Shown here: positions 11,127-21,112 of the stretch, piece by piece | How positions within the stretch are numbered: the stretch's first letter is position 1 | Layout: each line of letters begins with the position of its first letter | Virus record (IMG/VR): IMGVR_UViG_3300027704_000022 | Location: 2,791-66,790 of that record | DNA length: 64,000 nt | Reading direction: 5' to 3' (one strand) | DNA from: a virus | The notes under the pieces: generated by a model | The model's database searches: none | What the model saw: the letters and a program-made list of their open reading frames with translations, nothing else | What the model was told of the DNA's origin: nothing | Translations under genes and position numbers: made by a program

Positions 11127-11149
11127 AAGCTATCTTCTCCTTTAAAAAA

Positions 11150-11178
11150 GAAAGCGCCCCTAAAAAGGGCGCTTTTCT
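11150..11178. terminator. Bidirectional intrinsic terminator
   Basis: AAAGCGCCC-ctaaaaa-GGGCGCTTTT hairpin between convergent genes. Confidence 0.75.
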
Positions 11179-11197
11179 AGTTTACTATATAAGTGAT

Positions 11198-11683
11198 CTA
11201 GGTATAAACTATACCTATCCCGCTAGCATCTATTCCACCCAACTGTCGAGGTTGGGCTTGGTATATGTTGTATTGAGCTGCCATCTGAGTGACCTTGCCC
11301 ATACAGTCATTAGCTAATCCTCGATACACCTTCGAGACCTCATTGCGATTAACGAACGTCACAGCGCTCTCACCGTCCTTTAGAGACAAAACGTTGTCTC
11401 CACTCACAGATGACTTAGTAATGCCTCTGAGGGCGTTCCTAGCCTCCTTACTGTAGTAATTAGAAAGGTACAACTCTTTAAGGACGTTCTGAGCCTCGAT
11501 ATCCATGAACCCATAAGTCCCCGAAGCGTCATCTCCACTAAAATTTGTATATAGATAAGTGTTAACTTGTCCTAAGTTCTCATAAAGCCACCCGCTAACA
11601 CTGGCAACTGTAGCTATCCCTGTGTCACTATCGAATTCTGTAGTGACAATACCTGAAGCGAGGCTCTCTAATACATTTGGCAT
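11198..11683 (-). CDS. Putative head-tail adaptor
   Basis: 161 aa, downstream of the major capsid gene. Confidence 0.4.
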   Translation of the reverse strand: MPNVLESLASGIVTTEFDSDTGIATVASVSGWLYENLGQVNTYLYTNFSGDDASGTYGFMDIEAQNVLKELYLSNYYSKEARNALRGITKSSVSGDNVLSLKDGESAVTFVNRNEVSKVYRGLANDCMGKVTQMAAQYNIYQAQPRQLGGIDASGIGIVYT

Positions 11684-11702
11684 ACAGTTTATTACACCTT
11701 CT

Positions 11703-12143
11703 TTATCGATTTAACCAATCATGAAGTTCTTTATGTTTAGGATTATTAAGGTCTAACTCCATAGTTGGAATAGGTTGTGGTGCTGTAGCTATATTGCCTC
11801 TACTGCTATACCTATTAAACTCTTTAATAATATTGTCATGAACTGCGTTCTTTTCATAGTAAGGGTTTACGCCGACCTTACGGGAGAAAGCTTGTAAATC
11901 AGCTTTACTCATTTTGTTCAGCTTCTCTTTGAGAATATTGATATCATTGGTTCCAAAACTATTGGTTTCTCCTGTGCCGAAGATTACCTCAACTTCTTTT
12001 AGTACCTCTCTGTATCTAGCTGTGCTAGTCTGCCCAGCTTGCTTAAGCTCTTCTAGCTCTTCGAGTAAACCTTTTTTCGGGGGAGTCTCCTGCCCATTAG
12101 TGACCTCTTTGAAAGGCATCTTCTTTTCTTTTTTGTTAGCCAT
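11703..12143 (-). CDS. Hypothetical protein
   Basis: 146-aa ORF with a GTGTA motif upstream. Confidence 0.6.
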   Translation of the reverse strand: MANKKEKKMPFKEVTNGQETPPKKGLLEELEELKQAGQTSTARYREVLKEVEVIFGTGETNSFGTNDINILKEKLNKMSKADLQAFSRKVGVNPYYEKNAVHDNIIKEFNRYSSRGNIATAPQPIPTMELDLNNPKHKELHDWLNR

Positions 12144-12175
12144 ACAATATTATATACACTAAATTAAAAAATTAC

Positions 12176-12208
12176 AAAAAAAAGCCACTCCCGAAGGAGT
12201 GACTTTCT
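12176..12208 (-). terminator. Intrinsic terminator after the major capsid gene
   Basis: GTCACTCC-TTCG-GGAGTGGC hairpin followed by a T-run on the minus strand. Confidence 0.75.
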
Positions 12209-12226
12209 TTATAGGTTAATGTTAGC

Positions 12227-13384
12227 TTAGACGATAACTCCAAGAAGAACACGGTTGTCAAGGACAACTCGGCCTTCTTCGATTTGACCGTAGTAACCAA
12301 TCTTGTTCTGACGAACACTGTATTGGTCATCTGCAATCAAGTTCATCTCGCTATTGCTATCTGGATCAGTAGCAACGACACGAATGAGGGAATCGCGAGT
12401 GCGATCAACTCCGACAACAATCTCCGAAGTGGCTCCGTTGAATTGAGCGCCACCAGTTCCATCGAACTTAGCATAACTAGTATTACCTGCTGCAGTGTCA
12501 AAGATAGTATTGAACTTCTGTGTTTTGCCCATCTCATTGAATTCCAAAAGGTTAAGACCCATGAAACTGTCAAGGCCAGCATTTTGGAAAAGCTCTTGAC
12601 GAAGTGATTCTGGGGCAGCAATTGGGTTAGCAGTCGCAGCTGTTCCAGCTCCGTCGAATCCGTTACCACCGCGAGTGTTAACAGGGTTATAAGCCATAGC
12701 GCGAATACTTCCAATAATTTCTGGAGAAACAATCAGATCAGTAATACCACGATTACGAGAGGTGGGAGTTCCACCAATCCATGAAGTATTGATACGCTTA
12801 GCAAGAATCATAAGCTTGTTGAGGTCATCAAGAAGGAACGATCCAGCGAGAGCTGAACGGAATACCTGAGTATCACCAGTAAGTGGAGATCCCGTATTGG
12901 TAGCGTTAGCAAGCGAAGTCATAACAAGAGAAGCGGAAGTCCGCTCCTGTTTGAGAAGAATCTCTTGTGCAACACGCGAGAACGTCTTACCGATAACATC
13001 CATGCGGCTTTTAGCGGCATAACGACGATCAAAGTCAACAGCAGAATCAAGAGTGTAAGTAGCCAACTTCAGCTCGGAAGATGTAGGAAGTACTTGGTTA
13101 CTCGGAAGTCCACCAGCGTGGCTTTGACTCCAAACTCTGACATAATCTTCATCAGAGATGTCATAGTAAAGATCAAGCGGAATGCTAGGATTATCGTCAG
13201 CGTCAAATTGAAGCGACTGGAAGAGAGTGCTAATAGTAGGAGCATTGTTGAGAACCTCGGCCAAAACTGGTCCGATGAAATCAGCAAGAGCTACTTGAGC
13301 CTCATGTGCGACAGTACGATTGCGAGAAGCCATAGCCTTCACAAGCTCGATCTGTTCTGGGGTACGTTTTAAAGTAATTTTCAT
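12227..13384 (-). CDS. Major capsid protein
   Basis: 385 aa in the order terminase-portal-scaffold-decoration-MCP, with high-expression codon bias and a downstream terminator. Confidence 0.8.
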   Translation of the reverse strand: MKITLKRTPEQIELVKAMASRNRTVAHEAQVALADFIGPVLAEVLNNAPTISTLFQSLQFDADDNPSIPLDLYYDISDEDYVRVWSQSHAGGLPSNQVLPTSSELKLATYTLDSAVDFDRRYAAKSRMDVIGKTFSRVAQEILLKQERTSASLVMTSLANATNTGSPLTGDTQVFRSALAGSFLLDDLNKLMILAKRINTSWIGGTPTSRNRGITDLIVSPEIIGSIRAMAYNPVNTRGGNGFDGAGTAATANPIAAPESLRQELFQNAGLDSFMGLNLLEFNEMGKTQKFNTIFDTAAGNTSYAKFDGTGGAQFNGATSEIVVGVDRTRDSLIRVVATDPDSNSEMNLIADDQYSVRQNKIGYYGQIEEGRVVLDNRVLLGVIV

Positions 13385-13404
13385 AATAATATAATTTTTT
13401 TTAA

Positions 13405-14040
13405 TTATCCGTTACAATCAAAAGATACAACGATGTAATCGCCAACAAACTGATCGGTGGTAGGTCCAACACTTGTGCGGGTTCCCGTTCCAAGAACGTG
13501 ACCGAAAGTTTTAGCAGCGCCACGAAGAGCGCCAGTAACTTTTCCAGCATTGGCATTAGAAGCAATGATAGCTTTTCCTGGAGCGTAACCAGCGACACCA
13601 CCATCAAAGGCGGAAGCGGCTAAAGTGAAGATTCCTTTGGTAGCGACTGGGACAGCTTGTCCTGGGAGCATAGCTTGGAGTTCTTCTTGCTTTTGGGGAT
13701 TGTAGAGCAGCTTTTCGCCGTTCTCATCATTTTTTGCAGTTTGATACAAAGTCATGCCCAAGGGGATTTCTCCCGAAGTGGAACCTGTAATCTTGAGATT
13801 AACTTCAGGATACATATCCGTAGTACCAACGAAAGGATAATCGGTTTTACCCAAGTAGCTATTCGTTTTGTACGTTACAGGATCGTTATCAAAGTTACCG
13901 TCTGATACCTTCACGAAAACGCCAGCATCGCCAGCTCCCGTGTCGGTAGTGCTAGTGAGAACATCAGCGCTGATAACAGCGTACATGTTCACAACATCGT
14001 GGTCAGAGTATTGTCTGAATGGTAGAATTCTTAATGCCAT
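13405..14040 (-). CDS. Putative capsid decoration/minor head protein
   Basis: 211-aa Gly/Ala/Thr-rich ORF between scaffold and MCP. Confidence 0.55.
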   Translation of the reverse strand: MALRILPFRQYSDHDVVNMYAVISADVLTSTTDTGAGDAGVFVKVSDGNFDNDPVTYKTNSYLGKTDYPFVGTTDMYPEVNLKITGSTSGEIPLGMTLYQTAKNDENGEKLLYNPQKQEELQAMLPGQAVPVATKGIFTLAASAFDGGVAGYAPGKAIIASNANAGKVTGALRGAAKTFGHVLGTGTRTSVGPTTDQFVGDYIVVSFDCNG

Positions 14041-14060
14041 AATCTATTTTTTGTTTTTTT

Positions 14061-15554
14061 TTAAGAAATTTGAATGTTTTCGCGAGAGAAAGCTGATTTG
14101 AACTTGTCTCGCAATGAAGGCTCTTGAGATGCAACAGCCTCATTAGTATTAGAGACTTCCGCGTCTACTGTTTCAGCAGCGTCAAGAGCTTCTTCAATTC
14201 CAACTTCTCCAGTAGAAGCGGTTGAAAGCCTTTTCGCCACTTCATCATCAATGCGGGTTTGGATTTGAGAGTTGAACTCTTCTTGGACCTCTTTATTTTT
14301 GGCCTTCCAAAGGATATTGAGTTTTGAAGCGAATGCCTCATAAGAGGATTCATCTCCAAGACCTTTAAGCTCAGAAGCGAGGAATTCACGATCTTGGTCA
14401 TCAAGTTCGAATTTCTCGTCGATCTGATCCATGCGAGTGTTAAACGAAGCGATAGCTTCTTCGGCTTTCTTTTCGTTTTCAAAAGAACCGATTTGCTCAC
14501 TAGCTGTGCCAAGTTTAGCTTCTAGTTCTGCAACAGAAGCTTTGAGGTCTTCGTATTCTTTCGTTTTAGCTTCTTTAGCCAATCGCTCTGCTTCAATATC
14601 CTTACGGTATTGCTCGTCCCGTTGGCGGATCGCATCAGCAAAGGTATCAGTCATAGAAGCTACAGCTTCTTTTGAGAATTTCTTCTCATTGAGAAGATCC
14701 TTTAGTTCATTTAGAGTATTTTCAAGTTCCATATCGATAATGTTCTTTTGGTTGTTTACATTTAAATTATTGTTTTGTGAAATTTTATCCCGTTTATCAG
14801 AGATAAAAACTTCCGTAGCGTCTTCGGAAGGAGAGTATAGACCTTTTACATTAGCTGCTGGGTTTAAAGTATAAGCTATACCTAATGGGTAAATATCGCC
14901 TTTTATTAATCTATAAATAGTTTCTCCTTTGTCTGTTTTCCCGTTGCCTCCATAGCTCCGTAAAAAACCTCGCATCTCTAATATCTCTTCAGGGTCAGAA
15001 ATAATTTGCGCCTCACTTAATAAGTTACTACCTACTGCTAAAACATAATCATTAAAACCCACCTCCCAACTGGCAGAGACTTTCTGATATTGATTACTAT
15101 CTGGATCTAAGGATTTCTCGACTAAGTCAGTAAAATTAGAATTGATAGTCTTATATAAAACAGCTCCCAAAGCTATATTAAAAGGCTCTTTCATAGAAGA
15201 AGCTTGATTCTCTTCTATAAGCTCACTAGTTTTATAATTGCTATAACCAGCAGAGACTATATGCCCTACAACTTTTTGTTTATCATGTTCGATATTAGTA
15301 GGTTTATGAATAAAATTGTTAGCATATTTAACAGCGGTAGCTGAATCCATGCCGTCACCATTCTTATTGAATTGGTTTATAACGGCAGCGTTGAAAGCTA
15401 CACCCATAAGATCTACATTTTCATTATAATCTATATCTTTTGGGATAAGAGACTCTAAGTTCTTTAAAGAAGCCTTAGAGATTAACGAAGCTGAATTTAT
15501 CTTACAAGATGACAGTGGGGCTTCAAAAGTCGCGGTGTATTTGTAATCCATCAC
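14061..15554 (-). CDS. Prohead protease/scaffold fusion
   Basis: N-terminal NKNGD, NIEH..VVGHI, SASWEV and NPAA protease-like motifs; C-terminal acidic coiled coil. Confidence 0.7.
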   Translation of the reverse strand: MMDYKYTATFEAPLSSCKINSASLISKASLKNLESLIPKDIDYNENVDLMGVAFNAAVINQFNKNGDGMDSATAVKYANNFIHKPTNIEHDKQKVVGHIVSAGYSNYKTSELIEENQASSMKEPFNIALGAVLYKTINSNFTDLVEKSLDPDSNQYQKVSASWEVGFNDYVLAVGSNLLSEAQIISDPEEILEMRGFLRSYGGNGKTDKGETIYRLIKGDIYPLGIAYTLNPAANVKGLYSPSEDATEVFISDKRDKISQNNNLNVNNQKNIIDMELENTLNELKDLLNEKKFSKEAVASMTDTFADAIRQRDEQYRKDIEAERLAKEAKTKEYEDLKASVAELEAKLGTASEQIGSFENEKKAEEAIASFNTRMDQIDEKFELDDQDREFLASELKGLGDESSYEAFASKLNILWKAKNKEVQEEFNSQIQTRIDDEVAKRLSTASTGEVGIEEALDAAETVDAEVSNTNEAVASQEPSLRDKFKSAFSRENIQIS

Positions 15555-16321
15555 TTTTTTTCTGCCCAGCTTTTAGGGAGGGCGTTTTCAGCCCCAATTT
15601 TTTTTGCTCTACGGATTAGTTTAGCTTTGAATTGATCAAAGCTCATCGACCCCTTATATCTTCCCCAGCTACTTACTGCATCTTTTACATCTTGTGCAGA
15701 CATAACTGGAAACGAACGCCTTTCGGGATCAAGAAAATCGCTGTCTTTTAATGCACCTCGTTTTTTTCCTCCAAATCTCTCTGCGGCGATATCCATCAAC
15801 AGTTGAGCATAACTCTTCGCGGACTTCTTGTCGTATTTAATATCTTTTTTAAGATCTTTTTTCTCAGAGTCTTTCTTTTCAGATGGAGCGCCTTTTTTTA
15901 GTTTTTTAATTTTGCTCTTGTCATCTTCGATAGCATCTTTTTCATGCTGGGCCTTTTCTTTTTTAGAGTCTTGCTTGAGTTCTTTTTTATCGATCTTATC
16001 GTATTGTTTTTTATCCATACTTTCTGATTTCTTATTCACCTCTTTATGTTTTTTCATAAACGATGCGTGATCGGGACCAGCCATATATACGACTTTGCCA
16101 TCTTCATCTTTATGAGAGTGGACACCAGAAAGACCCATTCTCTTAGCATCTGCTATCGCATCGTCCTTAGACTTAAAGTAGTGTTTAGATATCTCTGGGG
16201 AGCCATAACTAGAATATTCTTTCTTTTTAGATTGACTTTCTTTGTTTTTATCTTCGCAATGCATTGCTTCAGATATATCGACTTCAATACCGTTTTCTGT
16301 ATAATTAAAATTATTTTTCAT
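15551..16321 (-). CDS. Lys-rich head-module protein with C-terminal LKDSDF..RSFP domain (DUF6582-like)
   Basis: Motif recognition; lies between portal and protease. Confidence 0.45.
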   Translation of the reverse strand: MKNNFNYTENGIEVDISEAMHCEDKNKESQSKKKEYSSYGSPEISKHYFKSKDDAIADAKRMGLSGVHSHKDEDGKVVYMAGPDHASFMKKHKEVNKKSESMDKKQYDKIDKKELKQDSKKEKAQHEKDAIEDDKSKIKKLKKGAPSEKKDSEKKDLKKDIKYDKKSAKSYAQLLMDIAAERFGGKKRGALKDSDFLDPERRSFPVMSAQDVKDAVSSWGRYKGSMSFDQFKAKLIRRAKKIGAENALPKSWAEKK

Positions 16322-18281
16322 GGCTATGATATAGGATTGCTGCTGGATAAGTTTCTAATGAATGTTCAGATGATATATTTAAAACTTGCCTTAAAGTGCC
16401 TAAATCTTCAATTTCGTTAAAATCTTTTACACATGATTCAAGAGTTTTATCCCAAGATTCTTTATCCCGTGAGCAAATGATAGATTCACACAGAGTAGCG
16501 AGCATTACCTCTTGCGCTTCGCTGAGTTCTTTTACTTTTAAATGAGAGGTCATTTTTTCTTTAGAATCATTAATAAAACTATCTATAGAATATATGGTTT
16601 TTTGTATATTAGCTCTAGAGTAAGTGGCGTTAGCTAAAGGTATACCAGTAGTCCCTTCTGGCCTACCGCCTTCTTTTTTTGGCCCTGCTGCTGGGGCATC
16701 TAAAGGAGAAAATACAGGCACTCCACCAACTAAGGGGTTAAAGTGTCCTTTTTCTCTCTCCTTAAGTAATTCTTTCTGAGCCGACTCTAATTGATCAGGA
16801 TTTGGGAATTTTCCATTTTCAAACATTTCCATCCCTTGCTTCGGGGTAATGATACCTAATTCCATAAGTCGAGTAGAAGCTCTCATAAGCTGGACCTCAT
16901 CTCTCATGTCCATATCCTTCATCTTAGCTTCGGGCCAAGATCGGAACCCCAAACTTTTTGCCACTCTTTTTATTTCCTTGTTTAAGAAATCATTCAAGAA
17001 CCCATGACGGGACTCTTTAAGTCTATCAATGAAGATTTGGGCTTTGACTTGAGTTGAGTTAAATTTCTCTTCCCCAACTATTACATTTTGTAATCCTTGT
17101 TTAATATCTTCGTTAAGCACCTGATACTTTTCTGGTCCAAGAACCAAATTCAATTCAGGCATAATGAATTCCGCCTTAGTCGTATAGTCGGAAACAAGAA
17201 CGCGACCTACGCTTTCATTTTTGAAAAGGTTTTGCATAGCAGCCATGTTATTGGGGTTAACTCCACCTTTTTCAGGGTCTGCGCCCATAGTGATAAGCAA
17301 TATTACATTTTCTACTGTGCGGGTAATGGATTGATCCATTTTTTTCAATTCAAGCTTAGCATTGATATCGTCCAACACTGGGAAACCAAATGGTATAGCG
17401 AAAGGCTCGTAATCTTGTTTTTTATAAAAAGAATAAGAAAGTCTTTTTGGATCTAAGTCAATACTGATTCCTTCATTAGAAAAAGTCCCTCCTAATATAG
17501 ATTTTTTAATTTCGTCATCTAAAGCTTCGAATATAGCTATGTCCTCTTCTGTTTGCGGGTTAGATAGTCGAGCTAACTCATATTCAGATAAAACTTTTTG
17601 ATAAACCGAACCATAGTTAAAAGTGGTGGTTCTTTTAGCTACGACATCATAAGGGTTAAGTAGGATATACTTAAGAGGAATTTTATTAGCAGAAGCGCCA
17701 ATAGTCCCCACTTGGTTCATAAGCTTGGCATAATCATCTACTTTAAATTTGCCATCAATCCTATAAAGAAAGACGTTCCCGCTGCGGTAATACTCTCTGA
17801 AGTATTGATCTTTTAAAGATGTAATATTAACTCTTTTAAACCATTCGTAAAAAAATTCTTTACTCTTTTTTGAGCCGCCTTCTAAATAGACATCAGTATT
17901 TGTAAACTCTGACATAATATCTATAGCATTCCTAAATACGGCGACATTGCAATAAGCCTTCTGGCATAATTCAATAGCGTCCCGACAGGTTATACCTTCT
18001 GATGAATATTCATATGGCAACAGACCCGAACTTATACTGGAGTAACGATTATGAAGAGTCGTATAAGCAGCGCGGTTCGTGCGAGATCCAGAAAACCCGC
18101 TGGTCGATGCCCCCTGCCTCCTAGCTTCGGATACCCCACTATAGGATGCTTCAGAAGTATAAAAAGGTTCTCCCAGTAATTCTGGAGAGGTTTCCTCGTT
18201 ATCGCGAGTATGTGATGGGTGATCTGAAGTATTGAATTTCTTCCAATATTCAGCACTTTTAGTATATTTCCTTTTCGACAT
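16311..18281 (-). CDS. Portal protein
   Basis: About 656 aa directly after TerL; FRNAIDIMSEF and YYRSGNVF portal-like motifs; ATG start at 18281 preferred over the track's TTG. Confidence 0.75.
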   Translation of the reverse strand: MSKRKYTKSAEYWKKFNTSDHPSHTRDNEETSPELLGEPFYTSEASYSGVSEARRQGASTSGFSGSRTNRAAYTTLHNRYSSISSGLLPYEYSSEGITCRDAIELCQKAYCNVAVFRNAIDIMSEFTNTDVYLEGGSKKSKEFFYEWFKRVNITSLKDQYFREYYRSGNVFLYRIDGKFKVDDYAKLMNQVGTIGASANKIPLKYILLNPYDVVAKRTTTFNYGSVYQKVLSEYELARLSNPQTEEDIAIFEALDDEIKKSILGGTFSNEGISIDLDPKRLSYSFYKKQDYEPFAIPFGFPVLDDINAKLELKKMDQSITRTVENVILLITMGADPEKGGVNPNNMAAMQNLFKNESVGRVLVSDYTTKAEFIMPELNLVLGPEKYQVLNEDIKQGLQNVIVGEEKFNSTQVKAQIFIDRLKESRHGFLNDFLNKEIKRVAKSLGFRSWPEAKMKDMDMRDEVQLMRASTRLMELGIITPKQGMEMFENGKFPNPDQLESAQKELLKEREKGHFNPLVGGVPVFSPLDAPAAGPKKEGGRPEGTTGIPLANATYSRANIQKTIYSIDSFINDSKEKMTSHLKVKELSEAQEVMLATLCESIICSRDKESWDKTLESCVKDFNEIEDLGTLRQVLNISSEHSLETYPAAILYHSHEK

Positions 18282-18330
18282 AAGATACAAATTATCTTAC
18301 ACCTCAAAGTTAACTTTCAACTTTTAAAAG

Positions 18331-20196
18331 TCAAGAAATGAACATTGGTACAAAAGTGTTTTGCCTATCTGATATGTCATCTGACTCCATATCATAGAAT
18401 ACGTTCATCATCCAATTACCTAAGACCAAGGCTGAATAAGAATCTTTACGAGCTTTGTTAGCTCCGCTTTGCCTTCTTAAGTTACGCGGTAGATCAAAAC
18501 TTTGAGTTCCTTGAGAAGATGTCGTAATTTGAACCATAGCGCATTGGACTTTAATAAGATCCATCATGTCTTTTTGGTGTTCGACGAAATCAATCATCCT
18601 CGCACCTTTTGCTCCTTTTTCATCAGTATCATTCTTTAAGAACTTCAACTCTTCTATAGGGACTCTAGATTTTCTTTGATTGTTATAATCATCATTCATA
18701 GCGGCTCCCGCAAAAAATATACGCTTATGGTCAAAAGAAGATTGTAAAGACTCGTTAGCTAGCCTAATCCAAGACGAAGTAGGCTTTCTAAGGAAAACGA
18801 ATTTTCTTTCTGATTTATTGTATTGATTTTTAAGCCTACTCAAGTTTCTATCGTAATCTTTAGATTTGTCTAAATCAGCTTCAATTACTCCTAGATTTAA
18901 ATTTTTACTTTTGAATATCTCACTCTCATTACAGGAGCTGATGAATTGAACGCCTCCATTATAATCCCCTACTACAGCTGATATATTAAAGTGGGTAAGA
19001 ATGTAAGCCATATACTTAATATGTGTTTTTAAGTTGGCTCCCGATAAAGCATAACTATGCACTATTGTCCCCTTCTTAGATTCTCTGTTGATTTTGATTA
19101 ACAGCATAGCGAAATCGTCAGAACTCTCACTCTCAGACCAAGACGGGTCAAAAGATAAGATGTATTCGTCTTTACGGTTTCCTACGACTTCAACAGATTG
19201 CCCTTCTCCATCTGGTATGGTGCAAGCTGCCATTTTACTCACCTTAAAGTATCCAGAGCTATCATCGGTGAAGATTGCTCCAAATTCCCTATTGAACTGG
19301 GCATCGCTCATAGTAGAGCGCGATTGATTAATCAAGTTCTGATCATATAGTTGCTGTGGGGCGCAATCGTAACTAAAATGCATAATTGTCCTGTGCGCTC
19401 CATCCTGTTTATTCTCATTTAGAATCAAAGCCTCATATTGTTGATATATTTTGTAGAGGTATTCGAATTTATAAGATGCGGATGATAAACCAATAATTTT
19501 GTTGTTTGGCCATCGCTTACGATCTTCTTTTTTCATTTTACCCTGCTCGATCATCTTGGTTTCTAAATCATAAACCTCTTGCCTCTCAGTGGGGTTTTCA
19601 ACTACAGACAGGAAAGGCATCAACACCTCATTATAAATTTTTTCAGGCATTAACAATAATTCATCAACGATTATTCTTTGGAATCGGAAACCTCGCAATT
19701 TTTCACCATCACCCAAGGGTAAAGCTCTGATGCTACTCCTGCCTATCTCCATTACCCATTCATCATTCATTTTCGATGTGCGGGTAATACATTGAGCAAA
19801 AAATTCTGCTTTAGGGCTTTTAGCGATATCTTCTATCTTTTTGAAAATCATTTTAGACTGTCGAAATGACTTAGAGATGATGCCTATCTGTACACCCTGA
19901 TTTAAAATAGCGTCTAATAGCGCGAAAATGCCCGTAGAGAAGCTTTTGGACATTCCACGACTCCAGATCCCCAAAAAGTAATCGGACTCCATCATGGACT
20001 TAATAGCCATATGTTGGAAAGGGAATAATTTTACCCCTGTAAACAATTCACAAGCAAAAGAAGGATTTTCTCTTAGAAATTTATAAAGAAGAATCTTAGC
20101 TTCTGTTTCTTCTAAATACCCCTCTTTTTCGAGAATGAGTTTGTTTATATCCTTGTACTCTCTGTGGAGTTTCTGTTTTCCTGTTTCCCAAGCCAT
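18331..20196 (-). CDS. terL: Terminase large subunit
   Basis: PFQ Q-motif, Walker A SRGMSKS, LRGFR..IIVDE Walker B, LSSA coupling motif, RNase H-like FDPS and KDSYSA. Confidence 0.9.
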   Translation of the reverse strand: MAWETGKQKLHREYKDINKLILEKEGYLEETEAKILLYKFLRENPSFACELFTGVKLFPFQHMAIKSMMESDYFLGIWSRGMSKSFSTGIFALLDAILNQGVQIGIISKSFRQSKMIFKKIEDIAKSPKAEFFAQCITRTSKMNDEWVMEIGRSSIRALPLGDGEKLRGFRFQRIIVDELLLMPEKIYNEVLMPFLSVVENPTERQEVYDLETKMIEQGKMKKEDRKRWPNNKIIGLSSASYKFEYLYKIYQQYEALILNENKQDGAHRTIMHFSYDCAPQQLYDQNLINQSRSTMSDAQFNREFGAIFTDDSSGYFKVSKMAACTIPDGEGQSVEVVGNRKDEYILSFDPSWSESESSDDFAMLLIKINRESKKGTIVHSYALSGANLKTHIKYMAYILTHFNISAVVGDYNGGVQFISSCNESEIFKSKNLNLGVIEADLDKSKDYDRNLSRLKNQYNKSERKFVFLRKPTSSWIRLANESLQSSFDHKRIFFAGAAMNDDYNNQRKSRVPIEELKFLKNDTDEKGAKGARMIDFVEHQKDMMDLIKVQCAMVQITTSSQGTQSFDLPRNLRRQSGANKARKDSYSALVLGNWMMNVFYDMESDDISDRQNTFVPMFIS

Positions 20197-21112
20197 CTTT
20201 TTTAATTTGTTCGTCCCAAAAATATTGCAAGTCTACTTCCCAAAGCTTCTTACCTAAAACGAGGATTTTGGGGATAAGCTCCTCGCTCTTCTCTCTAGAG
20301 CCACTAAACACAAACTGACAACAATCAGTATACTCAGATTGTATAGACCGCATCTGATGATAAACATAATCTAGCCTAAATTTCTTGAACCCCCTTTTAT
20401 TGGTCGCCCACATATCATCAAAAGCTGTTTCTATGACTATATAAAGATAACACCCCAATGACCTGCACCTCTCAAGCTCTTTTATAAAACGTGAGTAGCC
20501 ATTGGTTATAGTAGAGCAAAAATCCTGGTAAGACTTCCTATCCACAAATGTATAGTCGTATAGATCCCCGCCTACGGCGTAGTCGCCCACATCCAATTTT
20601 AATAATTCAGAATTAGTAAAAGATAATGGTTGCTGTTCCCTAGTATCAATTAGTATAGGCGTATTAGAATAATCTTTTTTAAAATCTTTGTGTAAAGACG
20701 CGGATAGCATAGGGAGCATACCAAGATGCTCGCAGGTTTCACGGTAGCTCCCAAAAACCTGTTTGCAGATGTCGATGTCGGGTAAACCGCTCGTTTGTAG
20801 GTAAGTCGAAGGTGGCCCCGCCTTAATGCCCTTGGCCCCTAATTTTTCTTTGAAAGATTTCCCTATAAATTCCTTGACCTCTTCACGCGGAGCCTGACCG
20901 CACCACTTTTTCATATTCCCCTTATTAGTAAAGTCAGCAGCGAAATACTGATCGTAATTTTTAAAAGGTATGAGTTCTTCAGTAAGTTTGTCTTTCCTAT
21001 TGTAATTCTTAACGTAATACTCCCCCAAGAACATATCGTGAGCTTTTACATGGGTATGTAAACTCCTTCTGCTCTTAAACTCCTTTTCGCACTCTTTACA
21101 TTTAAATGGCAT
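20096..21112 (-). CDS. C2H2 zinc finger plus ERCC4-type nuclease
   Basis: CKEC..HTHVKAH finger; IDTREQ, LDVGDY and DRKS ERCC4 motifs. Confidence 0.75.
   Translation of the reverse strand: MPFKCKECEKEFKSRRSLHTHVKAHDMFLGEYYVKNYNRKDKLTEELIPFKNYDQYFAADFTNKGNMKKWCGQAPREEVKEFIGKSFKEKLGAKGIKAGPPSTYLQTSGLPDIDICKQVFGSYRETCEHLGMLPMLSASLHKDFKKDYSNTPILIDTREQQPLSFTNSELLKLDVGDYAVGGDLYDYTFVDRKSYQDFCSTITNGYSRFIKELERCRSLGCYLYIVIETAFDDMWATNKRGFKKFRLDYVYHQMRSIQSEYTDCCQFVFSGSREKSEELIPKILVLGKKLWEVDLQYFWDEQIKKDGLGNRKTETPQRVQGYKQTHSRKRGVFRRNRS

Noticed and set aside
18331-20196. Intein or intron in the terminase
   Set aside because: Length and motif spacing are ordinary, with no splice-junction motifs seen.
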